Source: the human T2T-CHM13v2.0 reference genome, Homo sapiens. From it: 64,000 nt of DNA. Positions 17,555 to 39,070 of this stretch are shown here, piece by piece. The position numbers and the translations under genes were made by a program. Where the stretch lies: assembly GCF_009914755.1 (NCBI RefSeq), contig NC_060942.1; one strand, written 5' to 3'. Position 1 is the first letter of the stretch. Every line of letters starts with the position of its first letter. Below the pieces are notes generated by a model, which saw only the letters and a list, made by a program, of their open reading frames with translations, was not told the DNA's origin and ran no database searches.

Positions 17555-19166
17555 TAATTCAGAGCATACACAACCTCCTGGAGAATATTGCCCCAGCCCT
17601 GCAAGGCATTACCACCTACCTGACACTGTATCTGAGTCTTCAAAACGCCGTTTCACTGTTCTGATCAAGGCACTCACTTCACAGCAAAAAAAAGTGCAGC
17701 AATGGGCACAGGCTCTTGGAAGTCACTGGTCTCACCATGTTCCCCACCATCCTGAAGCAGTAGGCAGATTAGAACAGTGAATAGAATAGAACGGGCTGAA
17801 TAGGATAGAAGCAATGCTTTGTGGAACCTACCACAGTGGTGAATATGGCATTCTGTGGCTCCATGGATAAATTTTGGCAGAGGCATTGTGTACAGGGAAA
17901 GCAAATCCATATTCAGACTAAGTGTCCACCCCAGGAAGGACAAAATACCGACCTACCATGATGGAAGGAGTCCAATGTAACCAACATGCCACCTGTAGCT
18001 GGCTGATCATCCCGGGGAATGGTGCCATATTGGAGCCTCAGTGTTGGTCTCTACCACTGACAGATTGGGCACTCGGTGGTGGGTGTAGCCAGGTTGGCCT
18101 TAGTGGGTGGAAGTCCATATTGCTGAACCCATGTGTAACCTCCATCCTGACACCATGGCTGCTTTGTTCGTGAACTCACTGGGCATGACAGGGGTGGCTA
18201 CGGAAAGAAACCGCCTCGCATCCACAGAACAGGTCATTCTATTCTATTATTAAAATTCTCCTCTGTAGATGTCACCGTTTGGTGGGCATTCATATGGAAC
18301 ACAAATATCTTCCATTTTTTGCTCATTCAGAGAGAGAGAGACATCAAATTTCCTTGTCACCAATTTCCAATAATGTTCCTTCTAAGTCCCTGACCATCAA
18401 GCAAAATCTCATAAGTGAATATACAATTATACCTCTTGCCATGTCTCCTTCCAAACAAAAACCACTGGATTCATTGCCCAAAGTTGGGGATTGCTCCCAC
18501 TGGGAGGAATTCCCTTCACCACTGTTTCTTGGGGATGTCCCAGAAAGGGACTATTATGCTGTAGTTGTCCATATTGGGGTGCCTGCATATCATGCAGAAC
18601 CACCTATGTGCCTGGTATATCTCGTCTCGTCTTCCTCAGTCAACTGATTGTAGGAAACTCTGTATGAGGCCATAGATAGGGGCGTGAACTGATAAGATTG
18701 TGTATCAGGACTAGAAGCCAAGGGCCCCACTCAGAGCTAGCAGCTTTTTGGGTCACTTGGTTGATGAGCTGGAGTGGCACACCCAAATGAAGAATGTCTT
18801 GCCTCCAAAATCCAAAAGGGCATTGTACCTCTTTTTTGGTTATAGGCGGAGCCAAATGCAACAACTTGTCTTTCATTTTGTAAGGAATATCTTGACATGC
18901 CCTACACCACTGGATCCCTAGAAATTTCACTGAGGGAGAAGGTCCCTGAATTTTAGTTGGATTTATTTACCATTCTCTGACATGCACATTTCTTACTAAT
19001 AAGTCTAGAGCAGTTGCTGCATCTTGCTCATCAGGTCCAATCTGCATAATGTCATAAATGTACTAAACTGGTGTGATATCTTGTGGAAAAGAAAGGTGAT
19101 CAAAATCCCTGAAGACTATACTGTGATAGGAACGGAGAGTTTAATCTACTCCTGACATAAGACAAT

Positions 19167-19868
<702 letters not shown>

Positions 19869-22332
19869 ACAGTAAAGATGTATTGCTGGCCTTGCTAGCT
19901 GGAAGCAAATTGCTTCTGGTAATCTTTATTAACAGATACTGAGGAAAAAGCATTTGCCAATCAATAGCTGCACACCAAGTACCAGGGCACCAAGGCATGT
20001 GTTAATTTACTCAAGCAGTGAAACCACATCTGAAACAGCAGTTGCAATTGGGGTGGCCACCTGGTTAAGTACACAGGTGTCATTCTCCAAGAGCCATCTT
20101 TTTTTCTGCACAGGCCAAATAAGCTAATTGAGGGGGATGTGGTAGAAGTCACCATCCCTGCTTTGTTCAAGTCCTTGATGATGACGCTAATCTCTGAAAT
20201 CCCTCCGGCAATTTGGGATTGTTTTTGGTTTACTATTTTGCCTAGGAAGAGGCAGTTCTAGTGGCTTCCACTTGGCTTTTCCTACCACAATAGCCCTCAC
20301 TCCACAGGAACCAGTGTGAGGATTCTGCCAGATGCTGAGTAACTGGTCTATACCAGTTATGCATCCTGGAACTACGAAAGTAACCACTGGATGGGTTTAG
20401 GGACCTGCTGGCCCAGAGTGAGATGGACCGGGGCTCCATCGACCATTTTACTTCCATAAGCCCCTACTCTGAATGGCCTCCTGGAATTAGTGTGAGTTCA
20501 GAGCCAGTTCAGTAATCCCACAAAAGTCTGATTATTTTATTTTTCACAATGTACAATCACCATGGTAAAAAAACCGTTGGTCCCGTTGGGGACACCTGAG
20601 AGGAAGATTAATAGTATACATTTTTGACAGTGTATCAGGGTCCTTCCTCAAGGCGACCTTGATTTCCCTTCATTCAAGGGATTCTGGGTCTGTAAACTGG
20701 TTCAAGTCTGGGAATTGAGTGAAGAGCTGCGACTCTTTGTTTTTATGATTCAAGTTAGGTGTTTGTTCACTTGACCTAGAACTCTTCTAATTATACAGAT
20801 CAAGTAAGAATTTAATAGGCTGTCCGTCTACTCTCTTCTACGGACACCACGATCAACAGCCAATGCCATAGGTCTCTGCCAGTCAGACTATTATTGCCGT
20901 TTTGACTCTACTGCCCATTATGGTGACCATGCTCTCCTTGCTTTTGGCAATTACATGTTGCCACTTGTCCCCTTCTGTCCCAGAAACCAATGATCTGCAC
21001 TGCACCTAAGGATTCCAAGTTCTGTGACAGTAGATCCCACTGCAATATCTGACCTACAAGGAAAAGCAACCACAGGAGCTCCTCAAGGATGCAGGGGCTC
21101 CCCTCACAAATGTATTTATCAGTCATGGTGAAAGGTGTGTCCTCTGGATGCTCCTAGGGTGGGTGAGCAGGGGTCACGTGTTAAATCTAATATTCCAACC
21201 TCCCTATACCTTCCTCTACGGTGCACAAAGTCAGCTCTGCCATTTCAGCTTTATTTAGTGTGGGCCACCTTTTGGTCCATACTTCAGCTAAACCAAACTG
21301 TCAGAGCCCTTTTCTAAGCCCTGGAGGTACAGCACTGAATCCAGATCTGACTAATGGGCCCATCTCAATAAGTTACCCCCAATCCAACTTCATGTTCCTT
21401 GCATCATTATCCCACACATTAATACTCATTCCCAAGATTTTGTCTGTACAAATTGGAACCACCATGCAGTTCTTTTGGATCTCAGTGAACCTCCTGAGTC
21501 ACACTTTGTATCTCACGTTTTGGGGCCTGTAGGGACTTGAGTCTTGTCATAGTTCTAGAAGCAAAAAGGGGTTCCTAGGGTAGATCCTGAGGAATCAGCA
21601 CTGTCTTCTGAGGCAACTACCTCAGAAGAGGCCACCACAGGCTCCTGCTTGATAACAGAGTCAATATCCTCAGATGGGGTGGAAGGCTTGCTTCTACTGG
21701 CAGAGAAGAATCCACAGAATTTAGGAGCTCAATGTCGCCAGTTTCACCAGGATCTTCCCACAGGTCCCCATTCAAATTTTTAGGTGTACTTCTCATATGA
21801 AGGCACTAGGAGAGACAGAAAAAATTCAGGACCCTGTTCCTTCCCAATTCCTGCCCTTACTTTAACAGCAGACGTTCCCGTGAGGTTGGGAACTCAATTT
21901 GTGTCATAATTCAACGACTTGCAGGATGAGACTCTGGATTTGGCTTCCAGAAACGTCAGCTCTGTGGCTACAGGAGATGTGTTTTTCTTTTCTTTTCTTT
22001 TCTTTCTTTTTTTTTCAGGGCAGACACAGAAACTTTCCATTCAGTTATGTAATGGTTGAGCTGGGAGTTTGAAACCCTGAGTTCATCCTTTCTTTCCCTA
22101 TCTTGTCAAGCACAATTAACAGCAACAGCCAATTTCGTTATACTCATTAATTTGATAAAAATGTTCTAAGGTGGCAAATATATGGTCACCCAGAACCTTG
22201 CCTCTCATGAATATTTGAGTAGGAGTGTCCAATGGCGGTATTTTGGGTATCTCTACTGCCATATCACACTATAGGTGCTCTGTTTACCACTGAAAGTAGA
22301 GTCATTAGTGCATTAAAATCCAACCAGATTAG

Positions 22333-22709
<377 letters not shown>

Positions 22710-23101
22710 CTAGAACCAATCTTTGTATAAAATCTGTAAAATCTGTATCAGTCAGGATTCTCCAGAGAAACAAGACAATATTTACATCTTTCTTTTTTAT
22801 TTCTAAGAATACAAAAGGGTTTTTTTTTTAAAGCAATTGGCTCATGTGATTGTGCAGGCTGTTAAGTCTAAAATCCTTGGGACAAACTGGTGGGCTGGAT
22901 ATGGGGTAGGAAAGGATGTTGCAGTCTGAGTCTCTCATATGTAGGGTAGGTTAGGAACTCAGGAAGGATTTCTGTGTTACACAGACTTGAGGCAGAATTT
23001 TTTTCTTTGGGAAACCTGAGTCTTTTATCTTAAGGCCTTCAACTGGATGGATGAGGCCCAGCTACCTTATCAAGGTTAATCTCCTTTACTTAAAGGCAAC
23101 T

Positions 23102-23901
23102 TGTAGGGACAAGAGTGACTTTTTATTTTTATTTTTTATTTTTTTTGAGATGGAGTCTTGCTCTGTCGCCCAGGCTGGAGTGCAGTGGTGTGATCCCAGC
23201 TCACTGCAACGTCAGCCTACCTGGTTCAAGTGATTCCTGTGCCTCAAGCCTCCTGAGTAGGTGAGATTACAGGTGCCCGCCATCGCACCCGGCTAATTTT
23301 TGTATTTTTATTAGAGACGGGGTTCCACCATGTTGGCCAGGCTGGTCTTTAACTCCTGACCTCACGTGATCTGCCTGCCTCGGCCTCCCAAAGTGTTGGG
23401 ATTACAGGCGTGAGCCACCGCCCCTGGCCAATTTAAAACGCCAATCTACCATGTAAGTTCCCACTAACCCTGAGTTTGAGAATGCCTCCAAAATGTCTAG
23501 TTGATGTATTACTCTTTATGTAGGAAGAGCTATTTATTGTAAGTTGCCTCCAAAACCACCTTTGTTGTTGCAGAAATCACAGGCTGTGATACCCACAGCC
23601 ACCTATACATTCCTTCCAGAGCACGTATGCATTTTTCCCAAGCTGTGTGTCTGGGGGGTTGTGGAGTGGAGATCTACCTGTCTTGCAGCCACTCAAGACC
23701 GCAAGACCCAAGACTTCTGTCTGTAAGTTCCCCTAATAAGTCAATAAATATAATCCCCTAATAAATCCCCCAAAATATAATCCCCTAATAAATCATCCAA
23801 AACTGACCAACTGGATTTGTCTGCCTCTTTCTTTGGTTTCTCAGCTCCTTCGGCAGTTGGGGGTCGCTTTGTATATATTAATACGACCCTTTCACGGAAC
23901 A
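23102..23901 (+). mobile_element. Solo LTR (LTR47-like) inserted in the MLT2 5' LTR, containing an antisense AluS (~23120-23429)
   Basis: TG...CA termini (tgtaggg...cacggaaca); perfect 5-bp TSD caact at 23097-23101 and 23902-23906. Confidence 0.75.
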
Positions 23902-24390
23902 CAACTGATTGCAGATGTTAATCCCATCTACAAGATACCTTTATAGCAACATCTAGACTAGTGTTTGAGCAAAGAACTGGGCTTCATAGCCTAACCATGG
24001 TGACACATAAAATTAATCATCACACCAACCTATGCTGTTAGGAAGGAGGTCGGTAGTTACTGCTTGGGGAGGGGTGTAAAGACCAGAAGGGACCACAGGA
24101 GAGCTTTAAGGGTGTGAGTCATGCTCCCTTTTTCGAGGTGATGATGGCTGCACAGATGTGTTCAGTTTGTGAAAATCCAGTGAGCTGTGTACACTTGTGA
24201 TACGTGTACATTTTGGAATCTATATTATACTTCATTAAAAAGCAAAATGTTAAGGACAAAGGCAGTAAGACAAAAAGCAATGGAAATAAGAAAAAAAGCC
24301 TTACATCAGATATGGAGACTTTAGAAATTGCAAGACATTAACATATATAACTCTATATTAATAAGTTTAAATATTTCAGTGAAATGGCTG

Positions 24391-26430
24391 ATTATTTATT
24401 TATTTGAGACAGTGTCTCACTCTGTCGCCCAGGCTGGAGTGCAGTGGCACGATTTCAGCTCACTGCAACCTCTGCCTCCTGGGCTCAAGTGATCCTCTTC
24501 CTGCCTCAGCCTCTTGAGTAGCTGAAATACAGGCGTGCACCACCACACCTGGCTAATTTGTTTTCTGTAGAGACGAGGGCTCACTATGTTGCCCAGGCTG
24601 GTCTTGAACTCCTGAGCTCAAGCAATGCTTCTACTTCGGCCTCACAAAGTGCTGAGATTACAGGCATGAGCCACCATGCCCAGCACAAAATGGCTGATTT
24701 TTTAAAGGAAGATATAAATGATCAAAATTGTCTTGACAAAAGGTAAAAAATCTGAAGAGGCCATGAATAAAATAATTTTAAAAGGTAGTTAAAATTAACT
24801 ATACCTATCATCACCCAAGGCATGAGGCTGATAAAATTTTGTGAACGTCATCTACAAAATCTTCACGGAATCTTCTACAAAATCTTCATAGGAATCTTTC
24901 AGTTCCTATGCTATTTAAACTGGCGCAGAGCAGGAAAAAAAATGTGAAAGCTTCTTAACTCATTGTAGGTTATTTATTTATTTATATTTTTGAGATGGAG
25001 TCTCGCTCTGTTGCCCAGGCTGGAGTGCAGCGGTGCAATCTCAGCTTACTGCAACCTCTGCCTCCAGGGTTAGAGCGATTCTCCTGCCTCAGCCTCCTGA
25101 GTAGCTGAGATTACAGGCGCTCACCAACACGCCCAGCTAATTTTTGTATTTTTAGTAGAAACGGGGTTTCACCATGTTGGCCAGGCTGGTCTTGAACTCC
25201 TGACCTCAAGTGATCTGCCCGCCTCAGCCTCCCAAAATGTTGGGATTACAGGTGTGAGCTGCCACGCCCAGCCTTCACTGTAGGTCGTATTCTTTCCAGA
25301 ATATGAACTGGAAACCTCCAAGCTTGTTTTTCCAGACTCTTATTAGCTCTCTATTTCTAGTTAGGTTCTGAATTGAGAGACAGTAGGGGATTCAGATGCA
25401 GGAGGAAGAAGACCTTTTCTCCAATTTGTGGAGGCAGCTCACATAGCTGAGTAGTGGTGGTGGTGGCAATGGGTGAGCCTGGCTTCCTGCTCGGGGGTGA
25501 TGTGAACAGCAGCAGTAGCAGCAGCACTCAGCCCTAGCTCCAGCAGTACTAGCAGAGGCTCCAGGAACCTCAGCTGTTCAGAGCTTGTGGGCTCCCATGG
25601 CTGTTACTCTGTTGGACGCCTGCAGTGTAAGCTGGAGTATTGGCTCCTGGCTTTCTGCCTGCTGGTGGTAAAGGTGCCAATGTCAGCAGCCTCAGAGTCA
25701 ATGATGGTAGCACTGGGTAAAACTATTTTCCCTTTCACGCTCCCAGCCCAGAGTTTCCCGTAGTTACTAGTCTCTGGGTAATCTCACATGTTCCCTTTTT
25801 GCTCTTAATTAACCCCTTGGATATATATGTAACCAGTTTCCTGTGTTAAATTCTCTCTCTCTTTTTTTTTTTTTTTTGAGATAGTGTCTCCCTGCGTTGC
25901 CCAGGATGGAGTCCTGTGGCACAATCTCGGTTCCACCACCACTCCTGGGGCATTTTTTTGTATTTTTATTTTGTATTTTTAGTAGAGAAGCGGGTCTCGC
26001 CACGTTGCCCAGGCTGGTCTTGAACTCCTGAGCTCAGATAATCTGCCCGTCTCGGCCTCCCAAAGTGCTGGATTACAGGGTAATTTAGCCACCAGGCCTG
26101 GCTGACACGACCACTTTGGAAGACAGTTTGTAAGTTTCTTATAAAACCAGGCCAGGCACAGTGGCTCATGCCTGTAATCCAAGCACTTTGGGAGGCCAAG
26201 GCAAGAGGATCACTTGAGCCCAAGAGTTTGAGACCAGCCTGCTCAACATGGTGAAACCCCATCTCTGCAAAAAACAGAAAAATTAGCTGGGTGTGGTGGC
26301 ACTGTGCCTGTAGTCCCAGCTGCTCGGGAGGCTGAGGTGGGAGGATCATCTGAACCCAGGGAATTTAAAGCTGCAGTGAGCCACGATTGTCTGCCATGAC
26401 AGAGTGAGACCCTGTCTCAAAAAACAAAAC
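24391..26430. mobile_element. Alu cluster: 24391-24684(-), 24970-25272(-), 25862-26101(-, internally deleted), 26150-26430(+)
   Basis: Alu consensus matches. Confidence 0.88.
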
Positions 26431-26439
26431 AAAACCCCA

Positions 26440-27170
26440 AAAAACAAAACTAAACTTACTCTTACAATATGATCCAGCAATCATGCTTCTTGGTATCTAC
26501 CCAAAGGAGTTGCGAACATGTCCACACAAAAACCTGTACACAGATGTTTGTAGGAGCTTTATTGATAATTGCCCAAACACAGAAACAACCAGAATGCCCT
26601 TTAGTTGGGGAATGAATAAACACTGTTACAGCCTGACAATGGAATATTATTCAGCACTAAAAAGAAATGAACTCTCAAGACAAGACATGGAGAAAGCTTA
26701 AATGCATATTACTATAAGGAAAGAAGCCAATCTGAAAAGGCTAGCCACTCCAAGATTCCCATTATATGCCATTCTGGAAAAGTCAAAACCATGCAGTCAG
26801 TGGAAAGATCAGCGGTTGCCAGGTGTTGTCGGAAGAAAGGGATGAACAGGAGCACTAAGGATTTTCAGGGCAGTCAAACTATTCCGCGTGATACTATAAT
26901 GGTGGATCCATGTCATTATATATTTGCCAAAACCCACAGAATAAAACACCAAGAGTGAACCCTAATGCAAACTCTGAATTTTGGGTGATAATGATGTGTC
27001 AATGTAGGTTCACTGATCATAACAAAGGTACCACTTTGGTATGGGATGTTGACAGTGGAGGATGCTGTGCATGTGTGACAGTAGGGGTACATACGGGAAC
27101 TCTATTTTCTGCTCAATTTTGCTGTGAACCTGAAAGTGTTCTAAAAACTAAAGTCTATTTTAAAAAATCC
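26440..27170 (+). mobile_element. L1MC-like 3' end
   Basis: acaccaagagtgaaccctaatg...ggtgataatgatgtgtcaatgtaggttca...ctcaattttgctgtgaacct. Confidence 0.8.
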
Positions 27171-28380
27171 ACTGTTTCACCTAATTCAACACTTCACTCC
27201 CACTCTGATAATCTCTGGCAACCAATGATCTGTTTACTGTCTGTATTTAAATTTAATTAAAACAATTTTTAAACTGTTTTGATATTTTTATAATAATCAA
27301 TATATTTTGATTGGACTTTTATAGTGAGCACTTTCTTTGGAAATGAGTGTCTTTGACCTTCAAAAAAGTTATAGTTGTTATCAGTTATCATAAGAGGTGG
27401 GGCCCACCTCTTAAAGTAGCAATAAAATCTTATTTATGGTTGAAAAAGGTCAGGTCATTGCGCCACTTCTCTTTGCAGGTTTCTGTGCAATCCATCAGGG
27501 GACAGCTGGGACTAATCATTTAAAAAACTTTCCAGCCTGCTAATTTTACCATACCTCACATTTTTGTCATTCCTGGCCAAAATCCAAAGGGCAAGTCCCT
27601 TCTGCAGCCTCATTTTTTTTTTTTCTGTACTTTCGCTCCCCTGACGCAAGCTTCCACTGTCTCCCATCCTAACTTTACCACTACGCCCTCTAGAATGCCT
27701 TTTCCTGATAAGCAAAACCCCCCGAGTCGTTGGCTCCTCCACTTTCCGGTTTTGGCAGAATCCTTGATCTGAGCCAGGCCTCTTCCCAGGGGCTCTGGCC
27801 CTCTTCACTTCCTTTTCCCCGGAGGACTCTGGCTCCCGGGTAGCAAGCAGCCCACTTCCCCGGCCGCTTCCTTCCCCCGGGATGACACGTTTCTACAGGC
27901 GGACTCTTCTAATTCATACTATTTCCCTACCCCCGTGGTGGCTCCTAGCACCCCCAGGCCTGTTCTACCTGTAAAATCTTGACACATTTAAACTACTACT
28001 TCTGATCCTTTCCTCCCCGTCCAGCCTTCGCTCTTAGGCTGCCGAGCCTGGACTGCTTGTCATCCCCTCAGGCGTCTCCCCGGCCCTCCCTGCTCTTCAG
28101 CCGTCCCGACGGAGCGCGGCTCCTGACCAAACCCACGGTTCGTCTTCTCCACCTGCTCCGCGCGCCTCGCATGTGTCTGGGGGGAAACACATCCAAACGT
28201 CGACTTAAATGATTCAGGGCCGAGGACCGTGAGAGGCAGTCTTCACTTTTTCATCTTTCTTCATTTGCACAGTATACCAATAAGCTCTTACTACTTCTCA
28301 GCACAGGTAACTCGCCTTTTGCAGAGCACCCTCCGCCGCCGAACGGTCAGAGCCTGGAGGAACCCGCACCAGGATCGTAG

Positions 28381-28670
28381 GGCATGACGGGCCGGGGGCG
28401 GGACGAGGATTGACGAGCCGGGAACAGGGCGGGGCTTGAGGGGGCGGGAGGGTGGGGCGAGGCATGACGGCTCTGGTGGGAGGGTAGGCGGGGCTTGACG
28501 GGCCTGGGGGCGGGGCGGGGCTTGAGGGACCGGAAGGTGGGGCGAGTCATGACGGGCCGGGGCGTGGGCAGGGCTTGAGGGGCCAGGGGACTGTGTGGGG
28601 CCTGACGGGCCGGTGGGTGGGGCGGGGCTTGAAGGACCGGAGGGTGTGTGGGCGGGGCTTGATAGGCAGG
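28381..28670 (+). repeat. Degenerate ~27-bp tandem repeat, 11 units, core GGGCGGGGC(T/A)TGA(C/G)GG
   Basis: TGA anchors at 28385, 28411, 28437, 28465, 28496, 28523, 28550, 28576, 28603, 28630, 28660. Confidence 0.85.
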
Positions 28671-28801
28671 GGCGGTGCGGGGGCGTGGGCAGCACAAGCC
28701 GTGCGCTCCCGGGCTGCGAGGTCTGGCTAGGCTACGGGCCACGCGCCGCCGCCGCTGCCGCCGCCACTGTCCTCTTCGGAGGCGCGGGCCCGACGGAAAC
28801 C

Positions 28802-28912
28802 ATGTTTGTGGCTCGCAGCATCGCGGCGGACCACAAGGATCTCATCCACGATGTCTCTTTCGACTTCCACGGGCGGCGGATGGCAACCTGCTCCAGCGAT
28901 CAGAGCGTTAAG
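28802..28912 (+). CDS. SEH1L: SEH1L coding exon 1 (aa 1-37)
   Basis: [37 protein letters not shown]; Kozak aaccATG; donor AAG|gtgcgc. Confidence 0.98.
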
Positions 28913-29490
28913 GTGCGCGCGGCGCTTGCGGGCGGGGCCGACCCCGGAAGGAAGGAAGGGGAGTGGGTGGGCGGCGCGGGGAACGGGGCTGTGTCTTGGT
29001 TCAGTGACGCCGCTGGAAGCTGTGGGGTGGCGGGCGAGCCCTGGCTGGACTGAGCGGAAGCCCTCCCCGCCCGCGTATTGTGGGGTCACGGCGGCCTCGC
29101 GGGCCGCCCTCCCGTGCGCCTGCGCAGCTGGTGCCACGTGCGCGCTCCCGCCCGCAGGGTACGCCGGGCCCTCTCCCAGGCCGCGCTGCCGGGGCTGCGG
29201 GCGGGAACCCAGGGGCATCCCACCGTCAGCCTCGGCGTCGTGGGTCTTGCCCGCGCTGTTCACCCGACGACCTGCAGTGGGACCTGGTGGGAGACTTTGC
29301 CTGGCTGGCGCTGCGTCGAGTTCTGTGCCCCGCCGGTGTTCTCTCACCAGGGCACATGGTTTTCTCCGTGGGTTCAGAGCAGAAGCTCACTTTGTTACGC
29401 CGAGGAAGAAAAATACAAACCATTTACATCCAATGATTTCCCTGCTTGCTGCCCAGGAATCGGAGGGTTTGTTTCTTGAAGTTCCCGTAA

Positions 29491-32372
<2,882 letters not shown>

Positions 32373-32536
32373 TCTCAATAAATACTTAATTGAATGAATG
32401 AATGTTTACTTGCTGATTGTGTTCTTTTGTTAACTATATGTTCACCGCTTTCCTTGTACACTGATTCAGTCTTATAGTTTTTGTATCAATTTGTAGGAAT
32501 TTTTGTATAAAATATCTGCCTTTTATTTTCTTATAG

Positions 32537-32587
32537 GTCTGGGATAAAAGTGAAAGTGGTGATTGGCATTGTACTGCTAGCTGGAAG
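32537..32587 (+). CDS. SEH1L: SEH1L exon 2 (51 nt, aa 38-54)
   Basis: ttatag|GTC; VWDKSESGDWHCTASWK; AAG|gttagt. Confidence 0.97.
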
Positions 32588-32906
32588 GTTAGTATTTATT
32601 TTTACATTTATTAAAAATACAGAAATATTTACTGTTTATTTTATAGTTATCTATGAATTGTTTTGAGAAAATAACATTTATACAGTAGTTCTTTTCCTGG
32701 GAAGACATTTTACTGTTTTTCGCTATTAAAGTAACAACTGTGTTTCTCAGAATTTGAGAGTAAGAAAATCTGTAATTCTGTAGCATTCTAACATAATTAT
32801 CTTAGTAATTCAGAATATTCCTTTTGCCTTTACATATTTTAATTGTTGTGATGTTTCATACATAGTTTTCTCTTAAAAAAAAAAAACAAAACCTTTACTC
32901 AAGTAG

Positions 32907-35449
<2,543 letters not shown>

Positions 35450-36145
35450 TGAATCAAATGAAAAAAAAGTATTTTTTTGATTGAGCTATAATTTACATAT
35501 CATAATGTGCACCCATTTAAAGTGTACAATTTAGTGATTTTAAGTATATTCATTTAATTGGCAACCACCACCACTTCTAATTTCAGAACATTGTTTACCA
35601 CCTCTAAAGGAAACCCTGTGCTCATTTAGCAGTCACTTCTTGTTTACTCTGCTCCCAGCCGCTGGTAACCACTAATCTACTTTCTGTCTGTATGGATTTT
35701 GGAGCAAATAAATCTAATGTTATTTATTTTATTAGGTGGGTATTTTCTGTAGAAAGAATTTGCAAGTAAAATGGTGGACTTACAGAATCTTTGTTTCAAA
35801 GGTTGGTTACGCTAAACTCTGAAGCAACTCTCCAACTATCAGCACTGGAAGTAGTCAAGTTTATCTGGCTAGATTTTTCTTTTATTAGTAAAATGTCAGA
35901 AGAACTGGACTTCAGAAGCATTACAATCCTAAATATAGAATGTCTTCTAAAGGTTAAAACATTCTGGAATTTAACTTTTTATTTACATGTTATGTTGATC
36001 AGTTTTCTTCTCTCATAGAAGTAAAACTATATTCTGTTTCCTGATGTAAAACCAGTGTTTATGAAATATGAATAAGTATTTAGGAAAAAAGAAGCCCTGG
36101 GATAATGAGTATCTGTTCTTTTCTTTTTTTTTTTTGATTCCCCAG

Positions 36146-36292
36146 ACACATAGTGGATCTGTATGGCGTGTGACATGGGCCCATCCTGAATTTGGGCAGG
36201 TTTTGGCTTCCTGTTCTTTTGACCGAACAGCTGCTGTATGGGAAGAAATAGTAGGAGAATCAAATGATAAACTGCGAGGACAGAGCCACTGG
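36146..36292 (+). CDS. SEH1L: SEH1L exon 3 (147 nt, aa 55-103)
   Basis: ccccag|ACA; [49 protein letters not shown]; TGG|gtgaga. Confidence 0.98.
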
Positions 36293-36732
36293 GTGAGACA
36301 TTTATTAGTATTCTGGGGACCGGGAAGACATGAGCAGCCAAGGAGCATTCATCCGAAGGCTACCTCAGATAATTGGTAAAATATCACCACTCCCCTCTAG
36401 TTTTACCAGTTCTAAAGTTCTTTCTTCCATGTTTTTTTCTTCCTTTTTTATTTCATTTTAACTTGGGTCTGAAGCAATACTTAGGAGCATCACTGCATTG
36501 TTTATAACTTTTATGATGAATCCAGAATATTTGCATTGTATTTGATTTTACCTATTAGTATATTTTATGATAGTAATATATGATTTTAAAGTATTCTGGC
36601 TCACTGCAGTCTCAAACTCCTGGCCCCACCTCAGCCTCCTGAGTTGCTGAGATTATAGGCATGAGCCACTGTGCCTAACTCTAAAATTCTTTTTTTTTTT
36701 TAACTTTAAACTCTTAAGGGTTAATAAAATTC

Positions 36733-37024
<292 letters not shown>

Positions 37025-37556
37025 AAGGGTTAATAAAATTCTTTAAATTTTATTTAAATTTAAATAAATTTAATGGGCCAAATTCAGGATGGGCCCATGT
37101 CACACGCCATACAGATCCACTGTGTGTCTGGGGAATCAAAAAAAAAAAAAGAAAAGAACAGATACTCATTATCCCAGGGCTTCTTTTTTCCTAAATACTT
37201 ATTCATATTTCATAAACACTGGTTTTACATCAGGAAACAGAATATAGTTTTACTTCTATGAGAGAAGAAAACTGATCAACATAACATGTAAATAAAAAGT
37301 TAAATTCCAGAATGTTTTAACCTTTAGAAGACATTCTATATTTAGGATTGTAATGCTTCTGAAGTCCAGTTCTTCTGACATTTTACTAATAAAAGAAAAA
37401 TCTAGCCAGATAAACTTGACTACTTCCAGTGCTGATAGTTGGAGAGTTGCTTCAGAGTTTAGCGTAACCAACCTTTGAAACAAAGATTCTGTAAGTCCAC
37501 CATTTTACTTGCAAATTCTTTCTACAGAAAATACCCACCTAATAAAATAAATAACA

Positions 37557-37794
<238 letters not shown>

Positions 37795-37828
37795 TTACTT
37801 TTGTTTTCTTAGGAAATATACTGTCCTC

Positions 37829-39070
<1,242 letters not shown>

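Larger units (their letters stand above)
28000..29400 (+). promoter_or_regulatory. SEH1L: SEH1L CpG island / TATA-less promoter
   Basis: Very GC- and CpG-rich; multiple GGGCGG boxes; NRF1-type TGCGCCTGCGCA at 29115-29126; E-box CACGTG at 29135-29140; surrounds exon 1. Confidence 0.9.
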
